DNA from: Phoronis australis
Taxonomy: Eukaryota; Animalia; Phoronida
Direction: 5' to 3'
DNA: 64,000 nucleotides
Assembly: GCA_002633005.1 (NCBI GenBank)
Contig: NMRA01000626.1
Location: forward strand, 157,358 to 221,357
The first letter of the stretch is position 1. Every line of letters starts with the position of its first letter. A program made the translations under genes and the position numbers. Below, piece by piece: positions 27,001 through 39,000 of the stretch. A model generated the notes under the pieces. It searched no databases and was not told the origin of the DNA. It saw nothing but the letters and a program-made list of their open reading frames with translations.

Positions 27001-30000
27001 ACAGCTGTTCAGATGGACAAGAATTGCAAAATTAATTTAGTTTGACCTTCTGTTGGTAAAACATTTCAGCTTCAGTGGCAGTGCTAGGGTCAATACTGTT
27101 AGGGTCAATTACTGCTAGGGTCAATACTGCCAGTAATAATCTGTATTTGGTTACAACATACCTATCCATTAGTTGATGTTACTGATTGTGGCTTTAAGAA
27201 CTATTCAAAGAAAAGTCCCCAATTCAGAATCCAAGTTTGAAGGGAATGTTACCTAAAAAGGACTTTCATCTCGTACAAGCTTAAGTAATTTCAAATTGAT
27301 TAGTCTGCCCTTATTGTTAAATGCACTGGAATAATATTGAAGAGATATCATTATGAATATTAATAACTGGTTTTAGAAAAAAGTAAAACCATACCAGACA
27401 AGGCCTTTTGAGAAAAGGACAGTCCAAGTCATTTTGAAACATTAACTGTAAATAAGGTCAGGCAGGTCTGTCTAGTTGGCTTACACTAACAAAACAATAA
27501 ATTACCTCAAATGTCAGCGAAAAAGTCAAGATCATTACTTAGTTTCTATACAGTCACATGTTCTGGGCAAAAGGGACTTGATAGGAAAGTAAGGCTGTTG
27601 CATGAGCCACCATATGGCCTAGAGTAATAGTTTTTGCTTATAATAAATGTTCATTGATGCAAAATACAGACAAGATTTATACTAAACTGTTTAGTGGGGA
27701 GTATGAAACATGATACTGGCAAATACTTTCATCAGGCCCTTTCATATTACCGTTGACATGTCGATGTTTTGAGGAGCTGAACGGTTAATTCTGGTCCTGG
27801 ATCGAAGTTAACAGTGCCAGTTAACTTTGCAATAAACAGGTGGATTTAACAGCAGAGCGTACAAACTGCGGTGCAGTGAAAACGGTCAACTTTGGTCCCA
27901 TCAAAGTTATTGCCAGGGGTCACTGTTATTGTCAACAGTTAAAGGGCAGTGTCGACACTAATAGTTGCTCATATTTTGCTCGAATAATCACCAATTGAAT
28001 TAGAAATGGGTTTTGTGTCAATTAGCACTCTCACATCAATGTTCCCAAATGATCACATTAAAAAATATTAGCGTGCATGCGATGCATCAGTGCTACCTTG
28101 CGATTACTTCAATGACAACAGCGACGGCTACCGTTTACTTCGATGTCCATTAACTATCGAAGCCGTGGTATGAACGGTTCAGTTAAGTTCACAGTTTACG
28201 TTGAAGCTCCACTCAGACCGGAGTTAAGACAGTATGAAAGGGCCTATAATGTAGGCAACACAATGCTCAGACCCACATTATACTACTGTGCAGTTGGGCA
28301 CTACTTCATTAATAAAACAATCTAGTTATATGAAGCAACAAAGGGCCAGATAATGTCTGGTGGTAGACAAATAATGATCAGGTCATTAATAAACACTCTA
28401 CTTGCAAATAAGGCCAGCATAAAATGTAAATCAACTCAACAAGTCTGCCTCACTTGTCAATGTACTGCATGACTGATAGGAGTTCCATAAAGTCTCAGGG
28501 AGATTGTGAGCACAGCTGAGTCAAACAGGTGGGTACAGAATGCATATTTCCTGTAAAAAATTCCAATTTGGGACAGCAAAATTTAGTAGTTGTTGTCACA
28601 CAATTAAGGTTACCGGTACTTAGAAAAATGTCCACATTTGGCTACCTTCAGAACATCATATCTCAGAAATGGCTGATGATAATTTGATGACACTCAGATA
28701 TTACGTTCTTGCACTGTTCCCCAAATCAGAGTTCAAATAATTTGCTTTTAAAATGTTTAACTTTTGCACTAGGAATATCGTAAATAGCACTTGATTTTCA
28801 TGAAAAAGTTGCATCAAGTGAAAACAAAATGATAACTTAGTATTAATTTAAACAACATTTTTGGATTTCACTTAAGTTTGAACATTTAAATGGAACTTAG
28901 CCATTTTATTGATATTGTTGTTTCCCTAACAAAACTCGTTTTCCTTTTTGCTAAACTTTAACAAAAAAGACATCATGCAGACATAATTGCGTGACCCAAT
29001 TAATATCAGACTAGTATTGAAACTGTACAGTCATACTTTCTTACAAAGTATATTTTTGCTGAGTTAAAATCTAATTGCTTTGTTATAGATATTTGTCTCA
29101 ATACACAGGCTTGTTGATAAGGTCCTACCTATCTTTAAATTCTATAACAGTAATGTAATGCTGTAACTTGGCAAAGTTATGTGACCGTTGAGCCTTTTAA
29201 ACAAGACTGCACCACAATCCAGGATGACATTTACTGAAAGAGATGGAACACTTCTTTAGCATACCACAGTTCTACGCCTGAATCTGATCTTGTGCTCCGC
29301 AATGCAGTTTAATGGCCTGGAATACATGCACGCATGCACACACGCACGCACACACACACACGCACGCACATATGCACCCGTATGAGTACTGGCTTTTTTG
29401 CTCATTTTCTTCACGTCACTCAATCTTAAAAAATGTAATTCTAGCACAATATTATCTCCCTACCCTATACATGTGCTTCATAGCCTTGCACAGAAATCTC
29501 ATTAGGTTATTAAATGAACTATCAGTTCACTTAATTGCTGCTTTTACACCTTGTCGAAGACACAAAAGTTTCCTTTGACAACTAAGCAAAATAGTAATGC
29601 TGTCTATAAGATCAATTGCAAAGAACTGCAATGAATTTTACGTTGGTATGGCAACAAGAATTCTTAATATCAGAATAACCAAACTTTCCAAAGATGCCAA
29701 CAGTTCCTTATTCAATCACTTCATAGAATCAAACCATTGCATTACACTTAATGAGATGTAAACATTCTGGACCATGATGTGAATAGAACTAACCAGTTTT
29801 AATCCATGAAGCCTTACACAGCAGTGAGTTACATGCTGGGAACAACTTGAATAGGAACATTAGGGGCTTTCAACCTTCAGTTGTGGTAGTTCATTTCTAT
29901 CACTGGATGTCTCTCTACTAGTCAGTAGTAATTTGCACGTTGTCTCATATGGTGGTTCTTCACTTACTTTGCACATAAACATTTGTCAAAATGGACTTTT

Positions 30001-33000
30001 TTTCCACTTTTCACAGACTAACATTAACCTTTGCACAAATAACGGGAACTTCGACATAAGCTGTTTTATGACACCCACACAATGCACGCCAGAGTAACAT
30101 GTTCGGAATCTTTAATTTTGTAGACAAAATTAATGACAGAATTTCACTTGTCAGCAATATTGTGCGCTAAATACTCTCGAGTTCCGAATAGTCGTATCTA
30201 TACGATTATTTTTTTCAGACTCGTTTTCCAGTCTATATGGCGCTTATTCGGGTCTCTACGTTTATTAATTTTCTAACCTTTTGCCACTATACACGATTAT
30301 TTAATTCAGCAAGCTCAAATTTTTGTTTCATTCAATACAAATCTGGTGCACAAAAACTTCGCTGCGGACACCGGGTATCGTACCTTGGTCATAAAACAAG
30401 TTAATTTGCTCTAAACCTCTAGACCACCAGACACTCTGGTCAGAGCTCGTAATTTAGAAGAGCTACATACCACTCCGCGTTATACACGGAAGTCACATGT
30501 CATACATATTAAAAATTTTATTCCCTAAAATATACAACTGTGTGTTTCGAAGCGTAAAATAATCGGACTCCCAAGCAAGGGTTTACGCAGCGACCGTCTG
30601 TTGGACCATAGATGAGTATCTATGGTTGGACGGCCAGAATTTTATTTTGGACGGGTTCGACGGGATCTGTATCGGCAAAAAAAAATTAAAAAAGCTTGAA
30701 ATGATGACCACTTTCTCAATATTACCGGATGGTCGGCAGTCGCTCAAAGAAATAGGGGATCAGTAATTACAGAAATGAGAAATTTAATACACAAAAAGTG
30801 CATTTTTCAATATTCCGCGCGCCTCGTGACACAGATCGGTGTTACAGGCAGCTCAACATACTTACGTTTTAATAAAAATGCTTTCGACGAGTTTCTTTGG
30901 CTGATCCAATATTTGTGATTGCACCCTGTGAAAAACAGGCAAGCCGTTACACCCGGCCTCTTCACTGTGTCTATCCCCAAAGTTTGCGTTTCCGGGGGGA
31001 GTAATTCCGGGATTTTGCACAGCCAGTGTCATCTGCAGTTTCCGTATTGGCATGCGCATTCTACATACTTAATCATGTCGTCTGCCGCAAAAAGGCCTAA
31101 AGAATTCGAGGATTATTTTACAAAACGAGAGATGTTCCAGAAACTGACATTGATTTAGGTGCTAGTAGACGACAAATAATCAGATACGTAACGTGGTGAT
31201 AACGCGGCCAGTCAACCAAGCGCAAATACCCGTGCAATTAATGAACGGTGCCGAACCTTTCAATCAACAAAGTACCAACAAGTTGCCGACGTCATCGGAC
31301 ATCGGCATTTTTACAATTCACTCCAAACTTCAGAATAGATTGTTTTTGTGAACAGGAAGAATGGACTTGTGACAATCTTGAAAATGACATAGTTGCTAAC
31401 GTTTGACAATCCAGTCGATATCTATTGAAATTGATTTCTACTTGCTCTCCCGTCCAAATAAATGGAAAAACGCATGGGAATCGGTTTGTTTATTATACCT
31501 AATTAGATATTCAAGATGGTTGACATAGTCGTGGTCGTGGACTCGAATGTTGGGCAATTCTGCGAGAAATCTCAATTTCTGGCCATGTAAAATTTTGGAT
31601 GTAGCCTACAGACTTTTTGACGTCGAATTCTGACTAACATTACGAGGGTATTGACTGTGCAAGACATGAGATTGAGAGAAAACAAAGGCTCGAATGTCAG
31701 GAACATTTATGATAAAAATGGGACTCGTTTTACCAAGACACTTTATTGTCTTTATTCAGACTGTCGGCATCGTGGGTTCTGAAATCTTTACCTCCTTGTT
31801 AGTTTTTGGACTTAGTCAACATTGTCATCTCTAGTATGAATGTCACATTCTTTTTGAGTAAAATGATACCGCTTACTGTTTGAAACACGTCTATTTAGAC
31901 TTACATTTAAAGTTATTGAATAAACGAATGGTCTTTGTTTTAGCAATGACGCTTTTATTCCACTTCACTGTACTATGTTATGGCATGGGTGGATAAACCA
32001 CTGCAGCAATTAAACTATGCTAATGTTCAGTTTAAAATTTTTCCTTTGAAAAAATTACTTAAAGCGGTGGTAAGTCAGACAGAATTTGCTTCTTTGCACT
32101 ATTTTTCCTATCTATATCATTAGATTTTGCACTTCCTATTATTTCCATCTGCCGTTACTTGATTTTACGCAAATTTGTAATCAATGTTATTCTAGTCAAA
32201 ACTATTTTTAATTTTCCACAAATTTCCCATCTATATCATTATTCCCTAGAATTTGCTGTTTTGCATTATTATTCCCTTCTATATCATTATTAGGTTTTAC
32301 CTAAATTTGTACTCAATATTATTATTCCAGTCTATACTACGTTTAAATTTCCACAAATTTGCCGTCTATACCATTATTCTATTCAGTCTATATAGTTACT
32401 ATTATTAATTTTTTTCCGACAAATTTCCGGTCTATACTATTATTCTACTTTTCTAGTGGCAAAAATGTTGGGTCTATACTATTATTAGAGTCTCTACTAT
32501 TATTAAAAATCGTGAAATTTTCCAGTCTATACTATTATTGCTGTCTCTACTACTATTCGGAACTCCAGAGTAAGTAAAGAATTGCAGCACCAGATTCAAA
32601 ATTGTGACAGGTAGGAGAGTTCATCTCGCAGGTAGGATAGTTCATCTCGCAAGTAGGAGAGTTCGTCTCACAGGAAGGAGAGTTCATCTCGCAGGTAGGA
32701 GAGTTCATCTTGCAGGAAGGAGAGTTCATCTTGCAGGTAGGAGAGTTCATCTTGCAGGAAGGAGAGTTCATCTTGCAGGAAGGAGAGTTCATCTTGCAGG
32801 TAGGAGAGTTCATCTTGCAGGAAAGAGAGTTCATCTCACAGGAAGGAGAGTTCATCTTGCAGGTATGAGAGTTCATCTCACAGGTAGGTGCAGTACATGA
32901 CTCAGGAATTGCCAAGCACAAAAATAACATCCACCACGTGAGGAATACAATAAAATCATTCAGGTTTCCGAAGACATGTGACCACCAAGTTTTGTTCCAG

Positions 33001-36000
33001 TTATAACTTGAAAATTTGCCAATCAAATGGTGCAAATATGAAAAATCACCCAAAGCACAACACATATTTGGTAATTCTAAACTCTAGCCTTGAGTAAAGT
33101 CAAGTGAACATGGTCCCAACTGGTGTTCCAACATGAGTGGTATGCAAGCTAACATGAACGTGATGTAAAACAATCTAAATAAATGTTCACCCCCCACAAT
33201 GAGGTGCTACGAACAAAACTTGTAGGCCAACTTTTACTCACGGTTGCAGCTACGCCCAAGAGTACATATTAACCATTTTTCCCCTTTTCAGTTGAAATCT
33301 TCATGTTAGCAAATGACTAGGACGAGATAAGGAATATGAGGACGTGTCGCAAATTCATAACTTCAACAGCAACCAAACTGATACTGGTTATCCTAGCAAC
33401 AGTAACAGCTGTGGAATTCATTGCATTCACTCACTACTTTGTGACCACACTGACCGAAAGTGAGGAAATGCGTCGTCAGATATTAATGGACAGATCAGAC
33501 CATCCTGTTGACACATCAGAGAAAACACCGCGTATAATCCATCAGATCTGGCAACCCCATTACATGGCAGAGATGCCGAAAAACTGGAGAACAGGCATGG
33601 AATCATGGATAAAGCACAATCCTGGATGGGAACACATGATGTGGAATGATGAGAAGATCAATAATCTGATTATAAAACACTACCCATGGTTCATGGAGTT
33701 CTATAAGACCTATAGGACTAGGGTACAAAGATTCGACGCGGCAGGGTATCTGATAATGTACCATTATGGTGGCATTTACGTTGACATGGATATCACGTGT
33801 CCCAATGATAGAGTTCTACAGGAGCTGATCGACGACAACTACTCCGCAACGCTGTTCAGAAAACGGTTCTACTCAATGGGCACAGACATTTTTGTGGGAA
33901 AACGAAGGAGCGCGTTTTTCAGATACGTGGTGCTATGGTTGTTCAAGTCCAGGCGTTTTTACCTGTTCCCTCACTGGAATATCATTATGTCGACAGGCCC
34001 GCAGTTCATGTATGGAATGTATGCTCAGTATCCATTTAAATCAGAAATTCTCGTTCACGAGCGAATCTACGCAAACTCTCGTCTCATTGACCATGATACA
34101 GGATCGTGGCACGAATGGGATGCTCACATTTTCTCAGCTTTCATGCATGTTTTACCTTGGCTAAGTATTGCCAGTTTTTTGGCTATTTTGTTTAAAATAC
34201 GCTTCTGTAATCTTGCACCACATGTTGTACATTATTGGACAAGACTAAACAGCTATCGATTGTGGCTACCTCAGTATGACCAGTATGTCTGACCCATCAC
34301 AGCTGGCTCAAGAGAAAACTACAGCATCATCATTTAATGCCATTGTTGGAAATGAATCTGAATTGAACAGCTGGCTCAACAGGTAGCGTAGAGCAATTTA
34401 CAAAAACTTTGTTCACCATTCCAATAACAAGTAAAGAACAACTCCAGTTTATTGTGCATTGAACGACCCCTTTTGGAGAGGAGGAAAAACAGTTTTCACC
34501 AGGTCAGTGGCACTCGGAAAATCTGAACATTTATGTCGCGAAATTGCAACTCACCTGACAATATTCCAATTTTTGTCATTAATGGCAAAATGATGACCAC
34601 CATGAAATGTTGCACTATGCATTGTGCTGCAGAGTGGCAGACAGCAAAGCACTGTGGGTAAATAGAGTGGAAATAGAGTGCAGCAGACACTGTGCAGAAA
34701 CAGAATGCAACTCTCCATTCGGACACAGAGCACACACACAGGGTGGATTTCATGGTTTATATATATACATAAAGCGCGTTGGGCAGTTTACATGTAAGTT
34801 CAGAGCGATTTTGAACACCTTGATAAGTTTAGCTCATGTTTTGTGGTGGAATCATTACCGTGTTTTCCCGTTCAGTGACTTTCCCAGACTTAGAGGGTTG
34901 TGAGCATGTCCTTGCATCTAGTTCCTTTGTTAACTGCCAAGCACAGTCTTTTGTCTGGTATGACAACAGGCAGGCCAGTTACCTACCAGGCTTATTACAG
35001 ACTTCTGGTGAACACAGTCAAATCCAGTGCAAACTGGTATATTCAGAAAGACTATATCATCGTAACTTCAGTTGTAGTTAGGCGATTCTGACGATTCATA
35101 AACTAAACATGATCAGCATTTGATGAGGAATTCAGAAATGTTATCGCTATATGTTCAAACATGTTATAACTTAGTCAGGCTAGATATAATCTTATTGGAG
35201 ATTAGACCAATTATCGACCAAAAGTGAGCTGGCCCTCCAACCATAAATGCCAGAATGGATTTATAATCAGTCATGTAAGACATTGGCTACAGGGGTCATC
35301 TTCCCAACTTGATGCTGGGCTATAGAATTGAACAAGTTGGGATCAACGTGAAATCCCCGTAATGATGTTTTGTAAGTTTGCATTCTGTAACAATGAGCAA
35401 ACCTTTCAATGATCGCTAAATAGATTAATATTCAAATTTGATATTTGTGACCTCAGCTTGACCTAACTGATGCCGCAAGGATTTAAATGCACACACACGA
35501 TAATTCTCCATGCATACCAGTAAATCTAAGGATTGTCAATATGCAGCTCGCTCTCTTCGGCTAATGTCTGAGTCGGTATGTCACCCTGTTTGCAAGGCAT
35601 CTTTACTGAATTTATGCAAACATTCCGCAGTTCCGAACACCAACAACTGTGATCCAGGAGCTATTTACTAGGTATGTAACACAATCAGGTATTTGAATGC
35701 TGTTCAAGCCTATACACTTATTTGGAATGTTAAATCTCGGATGGTTATTTTGGAAGTCATGCTAATGTTTAATTTATCAAGGGCACAGTGTACATTAACC
35801 AGTGACACAAGACTGTCATCTTTTTTAAAATATTGACTGAGTAGCCCACTCCAACAAGACTGACATCTTTTCCAAGCATTGAATAGAACACAAAAATTGT
35901 ATTTGTACAGTCAGCTTGTTTAATGAATCTGTATGTCAGCTTTTGAAATTTGCAGCAAATTAGGGACATGAAACAATTGAAAACAGAAAACTTGGGACTT

Positions 36001-39000
36001 TGTCAGTTTTTTTAAAACCTTCAACAGCTGCTATGGCAACAACAGTACTTACCACACTCTCATGCAGATTACCCAGAGTTCTGAGTTGCGAGATGTCTGA
36101 GATGATCTCATTGGGCGGGATCAGCTTGTCTGCCTGAGAGAGATTGTTGATGAGAATGTCCGACTCCTTAGAGTTCATTACACGCATGTCTTGCTCCGAC
36201 ATTGAATCGGGAGCCCCGTCCTCTGTTGTGGGAGTCTGCAGGGGGTCTTGTTGGAGAGCTAACCAATTGGGCAATGACCTAACGAACAAGATGGCATTTT
36301 GAAGTGATTCAAGGAACACAATTTTGGGCAGGAACTGTTGATTACAAAATTACCAATCTGTCATTAAGAGCAACTAAGTGTTTCAAGGAAACTTGTAACT
36401 CTGAAATCAATGTAAACTCTTGTTCCTTTCTCAAATCAGAGATGATTTCTGGGATTGACAATTCATTGTAACTTGAGACCATGATCAGTGTTGGTTCATC
36501 ACAGCAGCAAATTTCATGTGTCCAACAAATTCTCAAGAAGTAACAACATTTTGCAAGCCCACTGATCAATTCTCATCTGTATAAGAATCAAATTCACTGA
36601 CCAGCTGTCTCTTAAGGCGGGTGTATACACTCACGGTCAAATCTCCACGTTCCTATCTATAATAAGTATAAACGGGGTTTTAACTACTAGCTAAAAATGA
36701 CTCTGAAAGTGACAAAAATCAAAAAAAAAGTTTCTATTGTACTTCGTTTTTTTAAATATCGTATTTTTTAATTTTCAAAAAATCAAATTTTACCTCGAAC
36801 TTTTTTTTCAAAATGCAGTGATTATCATCAACTGTTTCCTTATGCAATATTCTACTTATCCATACCAAGTATAATATGTACAAAATCATTATGATCTTGA
36901 TTTTGTGGCATTTTTTGCATGCGAGTTGTGGCAAGCACGCCACTTTCTGTCATTTGGTCACTTTTTGTCTAATAACTAAAAATCTGGTCCATGTATCAAA
37001 AAACCCTGGCGCACAATTTTACTTCAATTCCAGAGGATTTCAAATTTGCAAATATTGTAAAATTGACCCAGGTGTTGCGGAAAAATGAGGCCCGAGAATC
37101 TTGTCACTACCCTGAAATCACAAGCCGAGAAAAACAGCTTTGAAGTTAAGAGGGCATAAATTGCCACTTGAGGTCAAAATTCGTTCAGAATGCGCGGTCA
37201 TTATGTTCCAATTTTTGTTGATGTACTAGAAATAAAGCTGATACCCACTTCATGTTTAGAAAATGTGACAAACCTGTTTGTTTACAGTGTACTAATTTTA
37301 ATCATATTTGCGAATTTGTGAAGCACAACAGATGACCAAAACAACTATGGCTGTAACGTGGGCGGAGCTTAGCATTGATCTATTGTCTGCTGTTCTGGTG
37401 TGCAGACCACACATCATTAAAACCATGTGTTGATTGTTTGTGCGACTCTTCTGAGCTCTCCACTCAGTGTGGTAAAAGACTCTCTAACTATTATAATATT
37501 ACATAGAATAGACCTATTTGTTAGTATTCCAATATTATAACTGTAGTTACCGTCTATTCATCAACCAAATAATGTGTGTTATATAAAACCGCCGCGTTAC
37601 TGTCTACATAGAAATATTGGCATTGAGGAGAAAGAACTGCTTTCATCGTAATGGTTCATTTTGATGTGCCTGTACCGAATGGACTTTGGGATAAGAAAGC
37701 ACTTTCTGCGCAAATAGCATCGCTTGGGTGAGATTCTCAAGTTACCAAAGAAGTTTCTTATCTTGCTTTCCACTAAAATGGTATAATAATATCACGAGTT
37801 TAATTCAGGGATACATTTGAATCTATGCACTAGAACAATTTTGTTATGCTTAACATTCGGTCATTTCTCTTATTCTTTGGGTTACGGCCGGCGACAAGTT
37901 ATAAAATCCACTGAGTTTGGCAGCCTAGTTTCTCCACGGTGCGTTCCTAGCACAGAAGCACAGTTTATCTCCAAAAACTCTACTTAGACGGCATGTAGTG
38001 GTCCATGTCTCGCGCGTACGGCGTGTCTTCACAGCGCGTGAGTGCACTCTCATCAAATCGTGCAACACCACCCATGTTGACGCTCAGGGTCCTCTCTTAA
38101 GACACATCACCTTTTCAACTTCTGTTGCATACGCTCAATTTCCGCACTGAATTCTCAACCTGAGTGCAGCGATGGCTTCGGTAGGACTTGGCGTACTCAA
38201 CTTAATTTTTTTGCAGATGGACAAACAGGCTCAGGCTCGGAACCAGGGTTCACCAATTCACCACCAACTTTCACATGGTCAAACACAGAATTATTTTATT
38301 CTTGGTTTCGCTACAACATCTAAATCAGCTGGTACATCACTCTGGATTGCCCGGTTACACAATGTTTGTTGACAGGATTAGATTAGAGCTAGTGTCCTTG
38401 TATAAACTCCGCCCCAGTTGTCAGTCACTGAGCTGGTGAGCAGTCAAGTCATATGACTTACTGAAGCTTTAATGGTAAAATATAACTAAAAACAACTTGG
38501 GATTTTCAGAATGACTTAATTTATTTTTCTTCACTATAGTCTGCATCAAGAATTAAGAATAGGATGACATAAAAATGTAAAAAACAAGTCAAAATTAATT
38601 TTTTTTGTGTATCCACCTGCCTTAAAGGTACTACATCAAAATTATTTACAAGGGATTTACTAGACTAAGTTACTTAATAATAACTATAAAATTAATGCAC
38701 CTTCTCTCATGAAAATCTTGTGAATGGTAAAAGATTCAAATTTTTGCTCGCACGTGATCTTACAATCATCTGAGTGTTCGCTCATGTAATAACTTGAAAC
38801 TTGATTAAGAACATCGTTTGAACATTTGTTGAGGTTACCTCAGCAGCCTACTGATGTCCTCATCACGCGCCCACGATGCGCTAATGATGCGACTGTCTTC
38901 TACCTCAAACTCTGACTGTACAATACCTGCAAAAAAGTTATCACAGTTAATAAAAATACACACCATCTATCAAACTTTTTGTTAAAACTGAATTTCCTAA

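Noticed and set aside
28604-29150. Possible further TTAA element (start resembles ~46868)
   Set aside because: Similar left ends, but no matching right TIR or TSD found; too degenerate to call.
32553-33065. Cys/Met-rich (CKMNSPS)n and (GRRVHLA)n ORFs
   Set aside because: Translations of a 21-bp minisatellite; no other coding evidence.
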